A stretch of DNA of 64,000 nt from Promethearchaeota archaeon. Lineage in GTDB: Archaea > Asgardarchaeota > Lokiarchaeia > Sigyniarchaeales > SOKP01. Position numbers and translations under genes: made by a program. Of the stretch, positions 40,219-50,702 are shown one piece after another (position 1 is the first letter of the stretch; each line of letters begins with the position of its first letter). Location: the NCBI GenBank assembly GCA_019057795.1, contig JAHLWS010000056.1, positions 1 through 64,000 of the forward strand, given 5' to 3'. The notes under the pieces are model-generated. The model worked only from the letters and a program-made list of their open reading frames with translations, did no database searches and was not told the DNA's origin.

Positions 40219-40359
40219 GATTATTAGGTTTTACAGCTAACTTTTAAATTATAGAAGCCTTGAAGCTACTTTAATTTTATTAAATGTAAAAAATATAAGA
40301 GATTTTAGGAATCATATGAATTAATTAAAACAGAGAAAAATTAAAAAAACAAAAGGATT

Positions 40360-41421
40360 TTATTTTAAATAGCCATAAGCGCTTTTAATCCGTTTTTCTG
40401 CGTCCTCTACAATTTCATCGACTATTTTCTTAACGGTTTTTAAACTGTTTATGACACCTATGCTCTGACCTAAAAGAACAGCCCCGGTATTAATATCTCC
40501 TAAATATGCCGCTTCATATTTCCTTCCTTCTTCTATTATGTCTTCCATCGACATTTCTGCTTCTTCGGCCATTTTTGTTTCCTTATCAGATACAAGACCG
40601 TGGTGTAATGAATATTCATTTCTCCAAAGCCGTATAGGTCCCAAAGCGCCAGTTGCTAGGATTGTATCCTGAGCTTTAGCGGAAGGAACAACACTTTTGT
40701 AGGTTCCATCGAATTCGCTCTCGTTAGAAGCAATAAACCTGGAACCCATTGCTACGGCTCCAGCTCCCATAGCCAAAGCGGAGGCTAACCCATCCCCAGT
40801 GGCAAATCCACCACAGGCCACTACAGGTACCTCTGGATGTTTTTGGAGAACCTGTTGTAATAATACTAAAGTGCTGACTTTTTCATAAGATTGATGACCT
40901 CCACCTTCCCCACCAGAAACTACTAGACCGTCGACATTTGAAGCAACACATTTATCTGCAAGCCATAACGCGGGAGCTACGTGAAAATGTTTGATCTGAG
41001 ATCCGCTTTCTTTTAGTCTTTGGAAGGGTTTAGATTGCGGTAGAGTTTTTGAAGAACCAGCGCTGGTAATTGCGTACACACATTGTTCTCTTAATTTTGG
41101 GTTTTTCATAATGAATCTAGGAATATCTTTAGCGAGCCCTGAAGCAGCCATTTCTCTTCGCGAAGTCCTAATGTTAAAACCAAAAGGCTTATCTGTGTGT
41201 TCGACAACATATTCCATATTTTTTTTCATTATGCCGACTGGCTCTCTTCCAGCCTCATAATCTGAGATTAAAGCAGTATGGCTTAACACGCCCAGACCAC
41301 CCGCCTCAGATAAGGCAATCGTCAATTCAGTTGTATAGAAGGGCCCCATCGGGGCAGCTATTATTGGATGCTTAATACCAAGCATCTTGGTTATGTTTGT
41401 TTCCAATACCATATACATCAC
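40360..41421 (-). CDS. Nitronate monooxygenase/FabK-like flavoprotein
   Basis: PIIAAPMG, EAGGLG, GEGGGH, ACGGFATG, MGSRF. Confidence 0.9.
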   Translation of the reverse strand: MMYMVLETNITKMLGIKHPIIAAPMGPFYTTELTIALSEAGGLGVLSHTALISDYEAGREPVGIMKKNMEYVVEHTDKPFGFNIRTSRREMAASGLAKDIPRFIMKNPKLREQCVYAITSAGSSKTLPQSKPFQRLKESGSQIKHFHVAPALWLADKCVASNVDGLVVSGGEGGGHQSYEKVSTLVLLQQVLQKHPEVPVVACGGFATGDGLASALAMGAGAVAMGSRFIASNESEFDGTYKSVVPSAKAQDTILATGALGPIRLWRNEYSLHHGLVSDKETKMAEEAEMSMEDIIEEGRKYEAAYLGDINTGAVLLGQSIGVINSLKTVKKIVDEIVEDAEKRIKSAYGYLK

Positions 41422-41480
41422 TTAGTATAAAATTTGAAATATTTTAATTTATTATTAATCTAAGTTATATATTAATATTC

Positions 41481-43796
41481 ATGAAATTTCTGGTTAACAA
41501 TGATAAAACTATGAATGAAAATAGAATCGACAACTTTGGTAATGAGATAAAAGTCATAAAAACTGGTTGCTGTCATGATTGTGGAGGACGATGTGTCTTA
41601 AGAGCTCATGTAAAAGACGGAAAGATCATACGTTTTGAAACAGATAATGACGAAGAACCACAAATACGAGCATGCATGAGAGGAAGGGCATATAGACAGC
41701 GCGTTTATTCTCCTGATCGCCTTAAATATCCTCTTCAGCGAATTGGAAATAGAGGAGAAGGAAAATTTGAACGAATTAGTTGGGATAAAGCACTAAATAT
41801 TGTTGCGGCTAAACTCAAAGAGACTAAACAAAAACACGGCAATTCTGCCATCCTTCTAGTTCCTGGAAGTGGAAATCAAGGTATGTTGCATGGATATTTG
41901 CCAGTAGGATTGATGTTGAATCTGTTTGGAGGATACACGCGGCTATGGGGCGCACCATCCTACGAAGGTGCTCTCTTTGGCTCTATGGCTACTTACGGAA
42001 CGATAACAACTGGTAATGCTCGCGAGGATCTTTTAAACACGCATTTGCTGATCATGTGGGGCTGGAATCCAGCAAATACCATATGGGACCCTGGAACAAG
42101 TTTAATGTTAGCAAGAGTTAAAGAAAAAGGCATCAAAATTATTGTTATCGACCCAATATTTACCGATTCAGCAGCCATTTTTGCTGATCAATGGATACCT
42201 ATTAGGCCAGGCACAGATACTGCAATGCTCCTTGCGATGGGTTATACAATAATCAATGAAAATCTCCAAAATCACTCTTTTATTAACAAATTTACTATTG
42301 GCTTTGATGAGTATAAAAAATACATTCTGGGGGAGGAAGATGGAATTGCAAAAACTCCAGAATGGGCAGAAATAATTACTAAAGTTCCAGCAGACATTAT
42401 TAAGAGTTTGGCGAGAGAATATGCTAAGGCTAAACCCGCAACTCTTATAGCCGGATGGGGACCAGCTCGCACAGCTTTTGGAGAAATATATTCCAGAGCA
42501 GCAAATATATTATGTATAATAACAGGCAATATAGGAATTAATGGAGGATACGCCTCTGGTTTTATGAGAGCTTATTCTAGTCGGGAATCAGTTATGTCCA
42601 AGAACAAGAAAAAAATAGGACCTATTAAACCAGATCAAGAGAAACCAAAGAAACTACGACCTCAAGATAATCCAGTAGACTTTGGAGCTCCTCCAAGGAA
42701 GGATAGTCTCTATAAATTAAGAGGTGGTACAAATCCAGCAAGTACGCGAATTCATTATAACTATTATTACGATGCCATACTCAAAGGTAAGGAGGGGGGC
42801 TACCCCGCTGATTTAAAGTTTGCATATGTAGTAGCTTCAAATTGGTTAAATCAATATGGAAACATCAATAAGGGAGTCGAAGCTTTAAAAACCCTTGATT
42901 TTATAGTTGTTCAAGATCAATTTTTAACACCAACAGCTAAATTTGCTGATGTAGTTTTACCTGTAAATACATTTATGGAACGAAATGATATTGCTGTTCC
43001 TTGGTTAGGATCGCCATATTATATTTATCTAAATAAAGCAATCGAATCCCTTTATGAAAGTAAATCTGATCTAGAAATAGCTCGAGAATTATCAAAGAAG
43101 TTAGGACTCGATCCTGGATTACTCAACTTCGAGGAGGATCAGTTTTTACGAGTACTTTCATCCCCTCGGAAAGATATTAAAAGTTATGCAAAGATGAAAA
43201 AAGATGGATATTATAAGGTAAAGGTTAAGGAGCCTTTTATTGCGTTTAAGAAACAAATTGAAGATTCTGAAAATAATCCGTTTCCTACATTGTCAGGTAA
43301 AATTGAAATTTTCTGTGAACATATTGCAGAAAAAAATAACCCCCTCATGCCGCCTATTCCAAAATATATGAGTCATGAAGAACATTATGATTCACCAAAA
43401 GCTAAGAAATATCCTCTGCAACTTATTACACCTCATAATAAACGACGTACCCATTCAAGTCTACAGAACATACCTTGGCTAAAGGAAATAGAACCTCATT
43501 GTGTTTGGATCAACCCGATTGATGCCATGAAAAGAAATATCGAAGAGGAAGATATGGTTGATGTATATAATGATCGGGGGAGAGTTAGAATTATTACTAA
43601 GGTAACTGAGCGTATAATGCCTGGTGTTGTCTGTATTCATCAAGGCGAATGGTATAATCCTAATGAAGATGGAGTTGATATTGGGGGTTCTGCCAATACA
43701 TTAACTCAAGATGGTCATTCACCTGGAGGAGCTTTTCCACTAAATAGTTCTCTAGTAGAAATCGAATTATTTTCTAAAAACCAAATGGAGGAATAA
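41481..43796 (+). CDS. Molybdopterin oxidoreductase, DMSO-reductase (DmsA-like) catalytic subunit
   Basis: CCHDCGGRC, ACMRGRA, RISWD, PIRPGTD, TLSGKIE; no Tat signal. Confidence 0.92.
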   Translation: MKFLVNNDKTMNENRIDNFGNEIKVIKTGCCHDCGGRCVLRAHVKDGKIIRFETDNDEEPQIRACMRGRAYRQRVYSPDRLKYPLQRIGNRGEGKFERISWDKALNIVAAKLKETKQKHGNSAILLVPGSGNQGMLHGYLPVGLMLNLFGGYTRLWGAPSYEGALFGSMATYGTITTGNAREDLLNTHLLIMWGWNPANTIWDPGTSLMLARVKEKGIKIIVIDPIFTDSAAIFADQWIPIRPGTDTAMLLAMGYTIINENLQNHSFINKFTIGFDEYKKYILGEEDGIAKTPEWAEIITKVPADIIKSLAREYAKAKPATLIAGWGPARTAFGEIYSRAANILCIITGNIGINGGYASGFMRAYSSRESVMSKNKKKIGPIKPDQEKPKKLRPQDNPVDFGAPPRKDSLYKLRGGTNPASTRIHYNYYYDAILKGKEGGYPADLKFAYVVASNWLNQYGNINKGVEALKTLDFIVVQDQFLTPTAKFADVVLPVNTFMERNDIAVPWLGSPYYIYLNKAIESLYESKSDLEIARELSKKLGLDPGLLNFEEDQFLRVLSSPRKDIKSYAKMKKDGYYKVKVKEPFIAFKKQIEDSENNPFPTLSGKIEIFCEHIAEKNNPLMPPIPKYMSHEEHYDSPKAKKYPLQLITPHNKRRTHSSLQNIPWLKEIEPHCVWINPIDAMKRNIEEEDMVDVYNDRGRVRIITKVTERIMPGVVCIHQGEWYNPNEDGVDIGGSANTLTQDGHSPGGAFPLNSSLVEIELFSKNQMEE

Positions 43797-43798
43797 TT

Positions 43799-44362
43799 AT
43801 GACTCAATATGGATTTTATTTTGATCAAACAAGATGTATAGGATGTCACACCTGCGCGGTTGCTTGCAAAGATTGGTATGATATTAACGCAGGACCGGTA
43901 AATTGGATACGAGTAAAGGAAATTCTTAAAGGGAAATATCCAGAATTAAAGATGGCATATATTTCGATTGCTTGTAATCATTGTGCTGATCCTCCTTGTG
44001 TAAAAGCATGCCCAACAAATGCAATTAGTAAAAGAGAAAAGGATGGAATAGTAATCGTTAATTCAGAGAAATGTTTGGGATATAAAGAATGTGGTGCGAA
44101 ATGCTTAAAAGTCTGTCCATGGAATGCCCCTCAATTTTTAAACCAAGAAAATGCTAAGATGGAGAAATGTAATCTTTGCTTTGAGAGGGTGGAAAAGGGA
44201 AAACAAGCTATTTGTGTAGAAGCTTGCCCCATGTTTGCTCTTGATGTGGGTCCAATTGAGGAACTAAAACAAAAATATATTTATAACAAGGAAGCTGAGG
44301 GTTTTAATTCTAATGACAAATATAAACCCTCAATAATATTTAACCCAAAAAAATTTTCCTAA
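43799..44362 (+). CDS. DmsB-like 4Fe-4S subunit
   Basis: CIGCHTCAVAC, CNHCADPPCVKACP, KCNLC. Confidence 0.92.
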   Translation: MTQYGFYFDQTRCIGCHTCAVACKDWYDINAGPVNWIRVKEILKGKYPELKMAYISIACNHCADPPCVKACPTNAISKREKDGIVIVNSEKCLGYKECGAKCLKVCPWNAPQFLNQENAKMEKCNLCFERVEKGKQAICVEACPMFALDVGPIEELKQKYIYNKEAEGFNSNDKYKPSIIFNPKKFS

Positions 44363-44446
44363 GGTCATACATGCGTAATTTAATTAACTAAATTACAATT
44401 CTTCAAATATCTAGTGTAATTCTTTATTATAAGATAATATTAAAAA

Positions 44447-45736
44447 TTGAATGGTGAATTGAAATTGAAAGAGGTTTGGTTAATTGATTATGCTCGTACT
44501 GCATTTTCTCGATCAAGACCAACTCAACCTGAGAGGGATGTTTTTGGTGAGATTAGAGGAGATGAACTCCTTGCTGAATTACTAATAAAATTTTTTGATG
44601 GTAAATTAGCAGATAAAGGAATTGAAAAAAAAGATATGGATGAAGTATCAATAGGTGTTGCTGCTGGGGTATTGGAAAATTGGACTTATGGAGGCCGTGG
44701 CCCTCTTTTTTTAGCAGGATTTCCCTACGATGTTCCATCGTTCTTCATCGATAGACAATGTGCTTCTGCAGGTTCGGGAATGCATGTGGGAATTATGGAA
44801 ATTATGACAGGTCATAGTAAAAGCGTATTAGCTACTGGTTTTGAACACATGACGCGCGTTCGAGGTAAAGGTACAGATCCAAATTTATCAACAGCGAATA
44901 AGAAAAGTAAGTTTTATAGACCCGATTTAGACTTGGGAACTTTGTTTAACATGCTCCAAACAGCTCAAAAACTATACGAAGAAGAAGTTCCTACATTTAC
45001 TAAAGAACACTTAGATAAGTTTGGCGTGAGAAGCCACAATTTAGCTGTCAAGAATCACGAAGAAGGATGGTTTAAAGGTGAAATCATACCAATAGAAGGG
45101 CATGCTCCTGGCAATGTTGAAGAGAAAATGATTATAGATAGAGATATGAACGCAAGAAAGTCTACATTAGAAGCAGTATCTCAATTACGTCGTATATCCC
45201 AACCTTTTTTCTTAGAAAAAAATGGGGGAAAACAAGGATATATAAAAAGAGAAGGCACAGAGGAAGGTGTAATAACTGCTGGAAATTCATCGCCCTTAAA
45301 TGCGGGAGCTACAGCAGCCGTTCTTATGGAAGCTGAAGAGGCTAAGAAAAGGGGAATCGAACCAATGGCAAAAATTGTATCAATTGGATGGGCGGGCGTT
45401 GACCCTACAGTAATGGGGCGAGGGCCAGTTCCAGCAACTCAAAAAGCGTTAAAATATGCGGGAATGTCTGCTGATGATATTGAATACTGGGAAATTAACG
45501 AAGCTTTTTGTATCGTTGCGTTAAATTGTATGGATAAATTTGATATACCCGAAGAAAAAGTTAACATCATGGGAGGGTCTACTGCTATTGGTCATCCACT
45601 AGGATCAACAATGGTACGATTAACAGGAACATTAGCGAGAATTTTAAAAGATAAAAAAGCTCAGTATGGTATTGCTAATGCTTGTGTCGGAGGCGGCCAA
45701 GGCGTTGCAACAATAATTGAGAATTTAGATGCTTAG
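44447..45736 (+). CDS. Acetyl-CoA C-acyltransferase (thiolase)
   Basis: RQCAS, NEAF, GHPLG, CVGGGQG. Confidence 0.95.
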   Translation: MNGELKLKEVWLIDYARTAFSRSRPTQPERDVFGEIRGDELLAELLIKFFDGKLADKGIEKKDMDEVSIGVAAGVLENWTYGGRGPLFLAGFPYDVPSFFIDRQCASAGSGMHVGIMEIMTGHSKSVLATGFEHMTRVRGKGTDPNLSTANKKSKFYRPDLDLGTLFNMLQTAQKLYEEEVPTFTKEHLDKFGVRSHNLAVKNHEEGWFKGEIIPIEGHAPGNVEEKMIIDRDMNARKSTLEAVSQLRRISQPFFLEKNGGKQGYIKREGTEEGVITAGNSSPLNAGATAAVLMEAEEAKKRGIEPMAKIVSIGWAGVDPTVMGRGPVPATQKALKYAGMSADDIEYWEINEAFCIVALNCMDKFDIPEEKVNIMGGSTAIGHPLGSTMVRLTGTLARILKDKKAQYGIANACVGGGQGVATIIENLDA

Positions 45737-45756
45737 AATAAAGGGATGAAAGATAC

Positions 45757-46800
45757 ATGGCTAATCCAAATATTTTATTCTACGGTGCAGGTGCTATTGG
45801 TAGTACTCTTAGCGGATGGCTAAGTGAACATTATGAAAACGTTTATGTTTTAGCCAGAGGAGAAAATGCTGAAGTCATAAAATCAAAGGGATTGACTTTA
45901 TATGAAATAGATAAAACAAAGTCAAAAACTATTCCATTAAAGATAATAACCAACGTAAATAACCTTAAGCAATTTGATATAATAGTTATCACTGTAAAAA
46001 ATTATGATCTTGAGGAAGTTGCTAAAGATATATATGAAAAGTTAGGTGATAAGCCTATAATTGTGGGTTTGCAAAATGGTATTGAAAACCAAAAGATATT
46101 ACCCAAGTATTTTTCAAAGATTATTTATGGAGTAATTGTATGTTCAGCTTGGTATGATGAACCAGGAATTTTTGGAAATCGAGGAAAAGGACAAATTCTA
46201 TTGGGGACAACGAATAACGAAAATCAAGAAATATTGGAGCAAGTAAGGGATATTCTGGCTCTTGGCTTTCCTACTAAAATAACGAGACGATATAATGATG
46301 CAGCCCACTCTAAACTAATCTTAAATATAATAAATTCAATTTTTACTATAATAAGTAAGGAGAATTTAACTATTGATGATAAATTTAAGATCTGGAAAAT
46401 TTTTGTATCTTCCTTTTTAGAAGGAGTAGAAGTATTAAAAAAAGCAGGATATAGAGAACAAAAACTTAAAGGATTACCTTCATGGAGAACAATTGAATTC
46501 GCACAAAATTTAGAAAAAAAAATGGCTCTCGATTCTTTTGAGGAAAGTATGAAATTTTCTTGGCTCAACAGTATGGCACAAGATATGGTTCTCCTAAAAA
46601 GACAGAAATCAGAAATTGATACATTAAATGGGTATTTTATAGAATTAGCAGATAAGTTTGAGTTAGAGGTTCCATTTAATCGTACTCTCTATGATCTTTG
46701 TAAAAAACAGTTTAAGAAAGTTCCTTTTAAGCCACTACATGTTGATATAGTATGGAATAAACTCAATGAAAATTTAAAAGAGAAATTAAAGTTAGATTAG
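45757..46800 (+). CDS. Ketopantoate reductase family (PanE/ApbA)
   Basis: GAGAIG, VKNY, LQNG, KLILN, SMAQD, EIDTLNG. Confidence 0.9.
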   Translation: MANPNILFYGAGAIGSTLSGWLSEHYENVYVLARGENAEVIKSKGLTLYEIDKTKSKTIPLKIITNVNNLKQFDIIVITVKNYDLEEVAKDIYEKLGDKPIIVGLQNGIENQKILPKYFSKIIYGVIVCSAWYDEPGIFGNRGKGQILLGTTNNENQEILEQVRDILALGFPTKITRRYNDAAHSKLILNIINSIFTIISKENLTIDDKFKIWKIFVSSFLEGVEVLKKAGYREQKLKGLPSWRTIEFAQNLEKKMALDSFEESMKFSWLNSMAQDMVLLKRQKSEIDTLNGYFIELADKFELEVPFNRTLYDLCKKQFKKVPFKPLHVDIVWNKLNENLKEKLKLD

Positions 46801-46814
46801 TCAAAAAAACAATA

Positions 46815-49316
46815 TTAAATTTTATGAGATTCTCGAGCGATTATTTCGTCTTGTAATTCTTTTCCTATAGCATTGAAGTAAGCATTATAACCTGTAATTC
46901 GAACTAAGAGATTAGTATAGTTTTCTGGATGTTTTTGAGCGTCTTTTAGCATTTCTACATCAAGCATGTTTATTTGCAAGCATGTACCACCATTTTCAAC
47001 GTAACCTTTCAAATAAGATTTAAATTTTTCTTTATGTTCTGGGTCTTTAAGTATCGAAGGATTAAATGTAATCGTATGACTGCTTCCGTTAGGTAAATAA
47101 TTAATATAGGCTCCATTTTCTGTTTTACCCCCCAGAACCACACCCACAGAATTTGTTACGGCGGTTGGTCCTTTAAGATCTGCCCCATTTGAAGGACAAA
47201 TTGCGTTAGATAAAAATGTCGCCTTATTTCGGCCGTTTGGGGTAGCAACTGTAAAACCAGCGTCAGCACCCGCCCAATAATTCCAAGACAACATACCTGG
47301 TCTAAATTGATAATTCGTAGATGTTTTGTACTTCCAAGTTTCGTCAGACCATACTTTCATTATTTTTCTTGCCAGCTCGTCAGCATCGTCAACATCATTT
47401 CCGTATTTAGGTGCTCTATTTTTTAACATCGTTTGGATAACAGCAAATTCTTCCCCCTCGAAATTGTTAATGAGAGCATCTTTAATTTGAGTAATGGAGT
47501 ATTTATTATCATCGTAAACAAATTTCTTAATTGCTAGTAAAGAATCGACTGTTGTTGCGAATCCAACTCCCTCAACGGTTATAAACCTTAATTCAGGACC
47601 GCCTCTTCTAATATCCAATCCTTTTTCAATACACCCTCGAACTAAAGTGGATAAATATGGCGTGGGCACGAATTCGGCTCTAATGTCTTCGGTTAAATTA
47701 TATGTATCTACAGTATATTTAATAAGGAATTCAATTTGCTTTTTCCAAGCATTCCAAAAATCTTCCCAAGTCTGAAAACTTTCAGGATTTCCCGTTTTTG
47801 GTCCTATTTGTTGACCAGTTTTAGTAACGACATCATTGCCGGGCATATTCTTTCCGTTCCAAAGAGTCAATTCAATGCTTTTAGTTAAATTTGGGTTGCA
47901 ATTTACAGTACCCGATCGATCGTTTCCTTGCATCGTATTTTCTAAGCACCCAACACAAGCGTAATCCCAAGCTTCTTCGGGCGAAATTCCTTCTGTTATC
48001 ATTCCAGCGATGCTCCTTTCGTCGAAATTTATGAGGAATGGTGCTCCTTGCGATCGAGATACTATGTCTACTATAATATTCAATAACTTCTCGGGTGAAT
48101 TTCGATGCAGCCGAACATTAGGTTTTGGTTCTAAAATAGGCGACCATTCGTCTACGACTTCCAAAATAGTATAAGTTAATTCGTTGGTTAAGTCTTCCCC
48201 ATTAGGTCCGCACCCACTAAGCGTCATCAATTGTCCGAACGCTGAAGTTATACCTTGCTTTCCTACCATTATTTGTGCGTCATAGGCAGTATTGCAATGA
48301 AACCAAAAACTTCCTAAAATGTCTTTTGCAAACTCCTTTGAGATAGTTTTCTCATCAACAACATCTTTTTTATACAAATGCCAAAGATGCAGATCTGTCC
48401 GACCAAAAGATATACCTGGGCCAGGATATGATTCTTCCGCCATGATTAACATATGAGTTAACCAAATTGCTTGAACGCCCTGCCAAAAGGTTTCTGCCGG
48501 CTCCCAAGGGACTTTTTCGAGATTTTTAGCCATTTGTTCGAGTTCTTCTACTCTCTCTGACGATGACGCAGTTTCTTTAAGCCTTCTACATTCTTCGGCG
48601 TACTTCATCGCTAATTTTCTTGGGACTTCCGCAGCTTCCATCATTGCTCTTAATTCTTGGCCTTTAGGACCTTTTTTCTCGCGTTCGTTCAATTGGTCGT
48701 ATTGTGTTTCTGCTTTTTCGTAAATGTACTTGAAGCCTTTTTTAATTATTGTTTCGTGATCTGGGATGAGATGACCAGCTGTAGCTCCTACATTTCCAAA
48801 TCCAGACTTATGAAATTTATAAAATTTTTGTCTGACATTCAGATTATTTTTCCAGTATCTTTTAGTTTCTTTTTTTGTTAAACAGTTACTCAATTGAGTG
48901 TTAAATCTACCTCCTGCAATTAAATCGTTTTCAGAAATAATTTCTTGAGGAATATAATTAAGCATAACCTCCTCAAAAAAGCGTATTTTACGCTCGGGTA
49001 AGGATAACTCCCAGAAATTGTCGGGTAATTTAACAGGTAATGCCATGGATCTTAAAGCCCCCTCAAAAACTCCTTTTCCCTTATTACCAATGTAAAAGTG
49101 AACTTCAGGGGCAACATAATAATCTGTTTCTTTCCATATTATATCCCAATCTGTTCCAGTAGTAAACGGCATGTATTGATTGTTCCATTCACGTTTAACT
49201 CCCTTAAAGTAATATTCTCTTAACCATTTCGACCTTGAAGATAAATCATGAGGTTCAACTATATTATACTTTGGTACTTCTTTCTTAACTTCGGATTTAT
49301 TATCTAAATCACTCAT
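46815..49316 (-). CDS. Glycyl radical enzyme (PFL2/PflD-like)
   Basis: CVGCLE thiyl loop; LLVRITGY glycyl loop. Confidence 0.93.
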   Translation of the reverse strand: MSDLDNKSEVKKEVPKYNIVEPHDLSSRSKWLREYYFKGVKREWNNQYMPFTTGTDWDIIWKETDYYVAPEVHFYIGNKGKGVFEGALRSMALPVKLPDNFWELSLPERKIRFFEEVMLNYIPQEIISENDLIAGGRFNTQLSNCLTKKETKRYWKNNLNVRQKFYKFHKSGFGNVGATAGHLIPDHETIIKKGFKYIYEKAETQYDQLNEREKKGPKGQELRAMMEAAEVPRKLAMKYAEECRRLKETASSSERVEELEQMAKNLEKVPWEPAETFWQGVQAIWLTHMLIMAEESYPGPGISFGRTDLHLWHLYKKDVVDEKTISKEFAKDILGSFWFHCNTAYDAQIMVGKQGITSAFGQLMTLSGCGPNGEDLTNELTYTILEVVDEWSPILEPKPNVRLHRNSPEKLLNIIVDIVSRSQGAPFLINFDERSIAGMITEGISPEEAWDYACVGCLENTMQGNDRSGTVNCNPNLTKSIELTLWNGKNMPGNDVVTKTGQQIGPKTGNPESFQTWEDFWNAWKKQIEFLIKYTVDTYNLTEDIRAEFVPTPYLSTLVRGCIEKGLDIRRGGPELRFITVEGVGFATTVDSLLAIKKFVYDDNKYSITQIKDALINNFEGEEFAVIQTMLKNRAPKYGNDVDDADELARKIMKVWSDETWKYKTSTNYQFRPGMLSWNYWAGADAGFTVATPNGRNKATFLSNAICPSNGADLKGPTAVTNSVGVVLGGKTENGAYINYLPNGSSHTITFNPSILKDPEHKEKFKSYLKGYVENGGTCLQINMLDVEMLKDAQKHPENYTNLLVRITGYNAYFNAIGKELQDEIIARESHKI

Positions 49317-49663
49317 TTTAATGGCTCCTTAGAATTTTTTATAATTAAAAAATATAAAGTTTAACTTTTAGGTAATCCTTGTTTAAAGTTAATTCAAACT
49401 CAATTATAAATTTTCAAGTTATTTCATATAAGAGGGCATTTAAATTATTTCTTATACATTTCAATTTAGGTTATTTTTAATTTCCTTTAGTAATTTCAAT
49501 AAATTTATTAATTTATTTTACACAAATATCATTAAGACTCCAAAAGAATGAAATATTTATTTTGAATTTAAGATTGAAATTTTCTGTTCTAATATAAAAT
49601 AGAAAAAAGTTTTAATTAAATTACAAACAATTAGAATATAAGAAAGGTATAAGGTTTTGTCAT

Positions 49664-50608
49664 ATGGAATTAAAAGAGTACAAATGTGAGGTTTTAATAA
49701 TAGGTTCAGGCCCAGCGGGATTAAGTGCGGGAGTTTATTGTGGTAGAGCAAACAGAAGTACTATTATATTAGACGGAAAAGAGCCTTCTGCTTTAGAGAA
49801 AACGAAAGAAATAAAAAATTGGTTGGGAGAGGCAGATATTGGAGGGTTAGAGCTTCTAAAAAAGTTTAGGAAACACGCTGAAAGCTTCGATAATGTCGAA
49901 ATTATAAAAGGAGATGTCATCGCACTAATGTTAGGTATGGGTATGAATATGGTCTCAACTAGAAATGCAAATATTACTGCTGATGTTGTATTAATCGCCA
50001 CTGGCACGGGAGTAAGGAAAGAAATAATTAAAGGAGAAAGTGGATTAATTGGTTTTGGCGTGTCTTATTGTGCGTTATGTGATGGTCCATTATTTAAAGA
50101 GAGACATGTCTATTTATATGGTTCGGACGAAGAAGTTTTGGAAGACGCGCTTGTTCTTGATCAAATGGGTTGTATAACACACATCATTACTAATGTAGGA
50201 TTTAATGATTTACCTGAATTAGCTACTGAAGTTAAAGAAAAAGGAATCGAAATTATTGACAATATGGAAATCGTTGAAGCTATCTCGGATTCCGATGGTA
50301 TAATCCAGAAAATTTTGTGCAAAACAACAAAACCAGAGCAAGAAGATCAAGAAATAAAAGAGTACGAATTAGCTTGTCTATTCATCTTATCGCACATACC
50401 TTCTAATTCGATATTTAAAAAAGCGGGAGTAGAATTGGATGAGAATGGTAATGTCGCTGCTGACGAGCATCAACAAACAAATATTCAAGGAGTATATGCC
50501 GCCGGAGATGTAACTGGAGGCCTATTTCAAGTAGTTTTTGCTGCGGCAGAAGGCGCGCGTGCAGGGATAAACGCTTGTAAATACCTACGAAAATCAAAGA
50601 AAGAATAA
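49664..50608 (+). CDS. trxB: Thioredoxin reductase-like flavoprotein
   Basis: GSGPAG, GVSYCALCDG, GVYAAGD. Confidence 0.88.
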   Translation: MELKEYKCEVLIIGSGPAGLSAGVYCGRANRSTIILDGKEPSALEKTKEIKNWLGEADIGGLELLKKFRKHAESFDNVEIIKGDVIALMLGMGMNMVSTRNANITADVVLIATGTGVRKEIIKGESGLIGFGVSYCALCDGPLFKERHVYLYGSDEEVLEDALVLDQMGCITHIITNVGFNDLPELATEVKEKGIEIIDNMEIVEAISDSDGIIQKILCKTTKPEQEDQEIKEYELACLFILSHIPSNSIFKKAGVELDENGNVAADEHQQTNIQGVYAAGDVTGGLFQVVFAAAEGARAGINACKYLRKSKKE

Positions 50609-50702
50609 TTAAAATCTATTTTTTAATCTTCATAAATTAATTCTTCATAATACGGAGATATTATACCATATTATGTAATATCACGATGCTATTTCTTTTA
50701 TT

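Noticed and set aside
47085-47140. Possible further intron in the GRE (GGUAAA/UUUACC hairpin at a loop insertion)
   Set aside because: No 4-bp central helix with two 3-nt bulges could be built, and it lies in a variable loop. Loop insertions in thiolase and DmsA were also treated as protein variation but were not folded exhaustively.
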